Positions 62,573 through 64,000 of a stretch of DNA of 64,000 nt are shown piece after piece. Source of the DNA: an uncultured Methylomirabilota bacterium. GTDB lineage: Bacteria > Methylomirabilota > Methylomirabilia > Methylomirabilales > 2-02-FULL-66-22. The translations under genes and the position numbers were made by a program. The notes below the pieces were generated by a model that worked only from the letters and a program-made list of their open reading frames with translations, searched no databases and was not told where the DNA came from. The first letter of the stretch is position 1; each line of letters begins with the position of its first letter. The stretch is from positions 2,432,001 through 2,496,000 of the forward strand of contig OY970067.1 of assembly GCA_963705305.1 (NCBI GenBank). Reading direction: 5' to 3'.

Positions 62573-62944
62573 TCAAAACTGGCCGGTCGAGAGCAGGACG
62601 AGCGTGCAGGCCTCGACGACCTCGATCTGCTGCTTCGAGAGGGCAGGGTAGACCCCGGAATTCTCGGCACCCGGATTGAAGATGACCCGCCGCGGCCAGA
62701 TCGTGAGGATATCCCGGATGACCGGGGCCTGCTTTGCCGGTGAGAGATAGACAGCGACGGTATCCACGAGATCCGGGATGGCCGTCAGAGACACATATCC
62801 TTTCAGGCCCAGGATCTCCTTGCCGGACCTGGACACGGGGATCGGGGAGAACCCGGCGGCCAGCAGCCGCTGCAGTGCCCGGTGCGAGTACCGGTGGACC
62901 TTGTCGCTCGCGCCGACGACGGCCACGTTTCTTGCAGGATCCAT
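62573..62944 (-). CDS. CoA-binding domain protein
   Basis: VAVVGASDK..RYS, VDTV.VYL, RVIFNPGAEN, ACTLVLL. Confidence 0.88.
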   Translation of the reverse strand: MDPARNVAVVGASDKVHRYSHRALQRLLAAGFSPIPVSRSGKEILGLKGYVSLTAIPDLVDTVAVYLSPAKQAPVIRDILTIWPRRVIFNPGAENSGVYPALSKQQIEVVEACTLVLLSTGQF

Positions 62945-63189
62945 TGCGGGCAAACCCTCCTGCAGGGCCGCACCACGCGGCCGCGATTCTCCCGCAGCAT
63001 GCCGCCGAATCAGGGAGCGGCCATGAGTATACGTCCTCAGGCGGGCGGACTCAATCGCCACGGCTTTCCCCGGGGCGACGTTGCCCAAAGAAGCAAATGG
63101 GCTTGGGGGCGGAGGCGGGAGCGCGCGGGGCCGGCGGACGGAATAATGTCAATAAAGTCGCAACGTCCCCTATGCTTGCACTGCCCGTT

Positions 63190-63693
63190 CTACGCGCCGT
63201 GTGGCGAAGACGGCCGCCGCGGGAGCCAGCGGTTGACGCGGCGCGCGTAGCTCTCGTAGGCGGGGCCGAATTGGCGGCGCAGCCGGGGCTCCTCGTACAG
63301 TGTCACGAACAGGTGCACGAGACTCCAGGCGGCGGCGGCGAGGAGCAGGATGGCGGGAGACCGCAGCCACAGACCGCCGCCGGCCAGGAGGGTGAGGCCG
63401 CCGACGTACATGGGATTGCGCGTCCAGCGGTAGGGCCCTTCCGTGACGAACGCGCGGGGGGGATCGAAGGGCGCGGGCGTTCCATGACCGCGCGCCACGA
63501 AGAGGCAGCCGCACCAGAGCGCCAGCGCGCCGCCCGCCAATGCCACGACGGCGCCGACGGGTTGGAGCCAAGCGGGCAGCGGCCCCCCCAACCGCGGGTC
63601 CCAGCCGCGCACCGCGAGGGCGAGCCAGCCCCACAGGAGCGCAAAGCAGCCCATGTACAAGGCAGCCCGGAGGGCCAAGCGCAGCCCGGTCAT
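63190..63693 (-). CDS. Isoprenylcysteine carboxyl methyltransferase/PEMT-family membrane protein
   Basis: GTPAPFDPP..V.EGPYR..RNPMY, EEP.L..FG..Y..Y...V.RW. Confidence 0.88.
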   Translation of the reverse strand: MTGLRLALRAALYMGCFALLWGWLALAVRGWDPRLGGPLPAWLQPVGAVVALAGGALALWCGCLFVARGHGTPAPFDPPRAFVTEGPYRWTRNPMYVGGLTLLAGGGLWLRSPAILLLAAAAWSLVHLFVTLYEEPRLRRQFGPAYESYARRVNRWLPRRPSSPHGA

Positions 63694-64000
63694 CTTTCAT
63701 CCTGCCAGGGCAACTCCTGGTCGAGGAGCTCGGTGCGCTTGAGGACTGAGTCACCCATGAAGTTGAAGTGCGCAAGTGTCGTGCCCGGGAACGCGAACGA
63801 GGACTTCAGCTCTGCTCCGCGCCCGAACGTGCAGTTGTCAGCGATCCAGTTGCCGCCGCGAAGATAGGCGCCCGCCGCGACGAAGCAGCTGGCGCCAAGG
63901 ATGAGCGCCCCCTTGATGACCGCCCCGGGTTCCACGACGGCCGTGCGATGGATCGCGATTTCATCCGAGATGCCAAACTCCGCCGTGGGCGCGGATGCGA
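63690..64000 (-). CDS. Left-handed beta-helix (hexapeptide repeat) transferase; 5' partial and apparently C-terminally truncated
   Basis: IHRTAVVEPGAVIKG..GAYLRGG..AELKSS..LAHFNFMGDSVL, then an unrelated-looking tail. Confidence 0.65.
   Translation of the reverse strand, partial: ASAPTAEFGISDEIAIHRTAVVEPGAVIKGALILGASCFVAAGAYLRGGNWIADNCTFGRGAELKSSFAFPGTTLAHFNFMGDSVLKRTELLDQELPWQDER

Overview
A high-GC bacterial chromosomal window, mostly housekeeping and metabolic genes: pcrA, gatCAB, asnS, glgC, transketolase, an ilvD-like dehydratase, ade/pyrE, radC, tRNA-Ala(CGC), an oligopeptide-type ABC importer, a pdaD-DHS-speB polyamine operon, vapBC and a NRAMP/MgtE-N-CBS metal-transport locus. The most novel element is a compact candidate RiPP cluster at about 2.0-6.2 kb. 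It has a 75-aa precursor-like peptide (leader ending DVEGQ, core GCCNRYANWCPPGGADI), a radical SAM/SPASM enzyme and a cobalamin-binding radical SAM enzyme. The last gene is split by an intact IS630 element, and removing the element restores the frame exactly. Other notable items: a short, doubly frameshifted AAA+ ATPase ending in the proteasome-docking motif GQYL; a stand-alone JAB/MPN protein; two diverged copies of a ~197-bp MITE-like element, each inserted at a CTAG stop codon between convergent genes; a transketolase with a GEG-type ThDP motif and a Lys/Ala-rich tail; and a synonymously diverged duplicate of a DUF72 gene 3' end. All calls come from motif reading only; no database searches were run.
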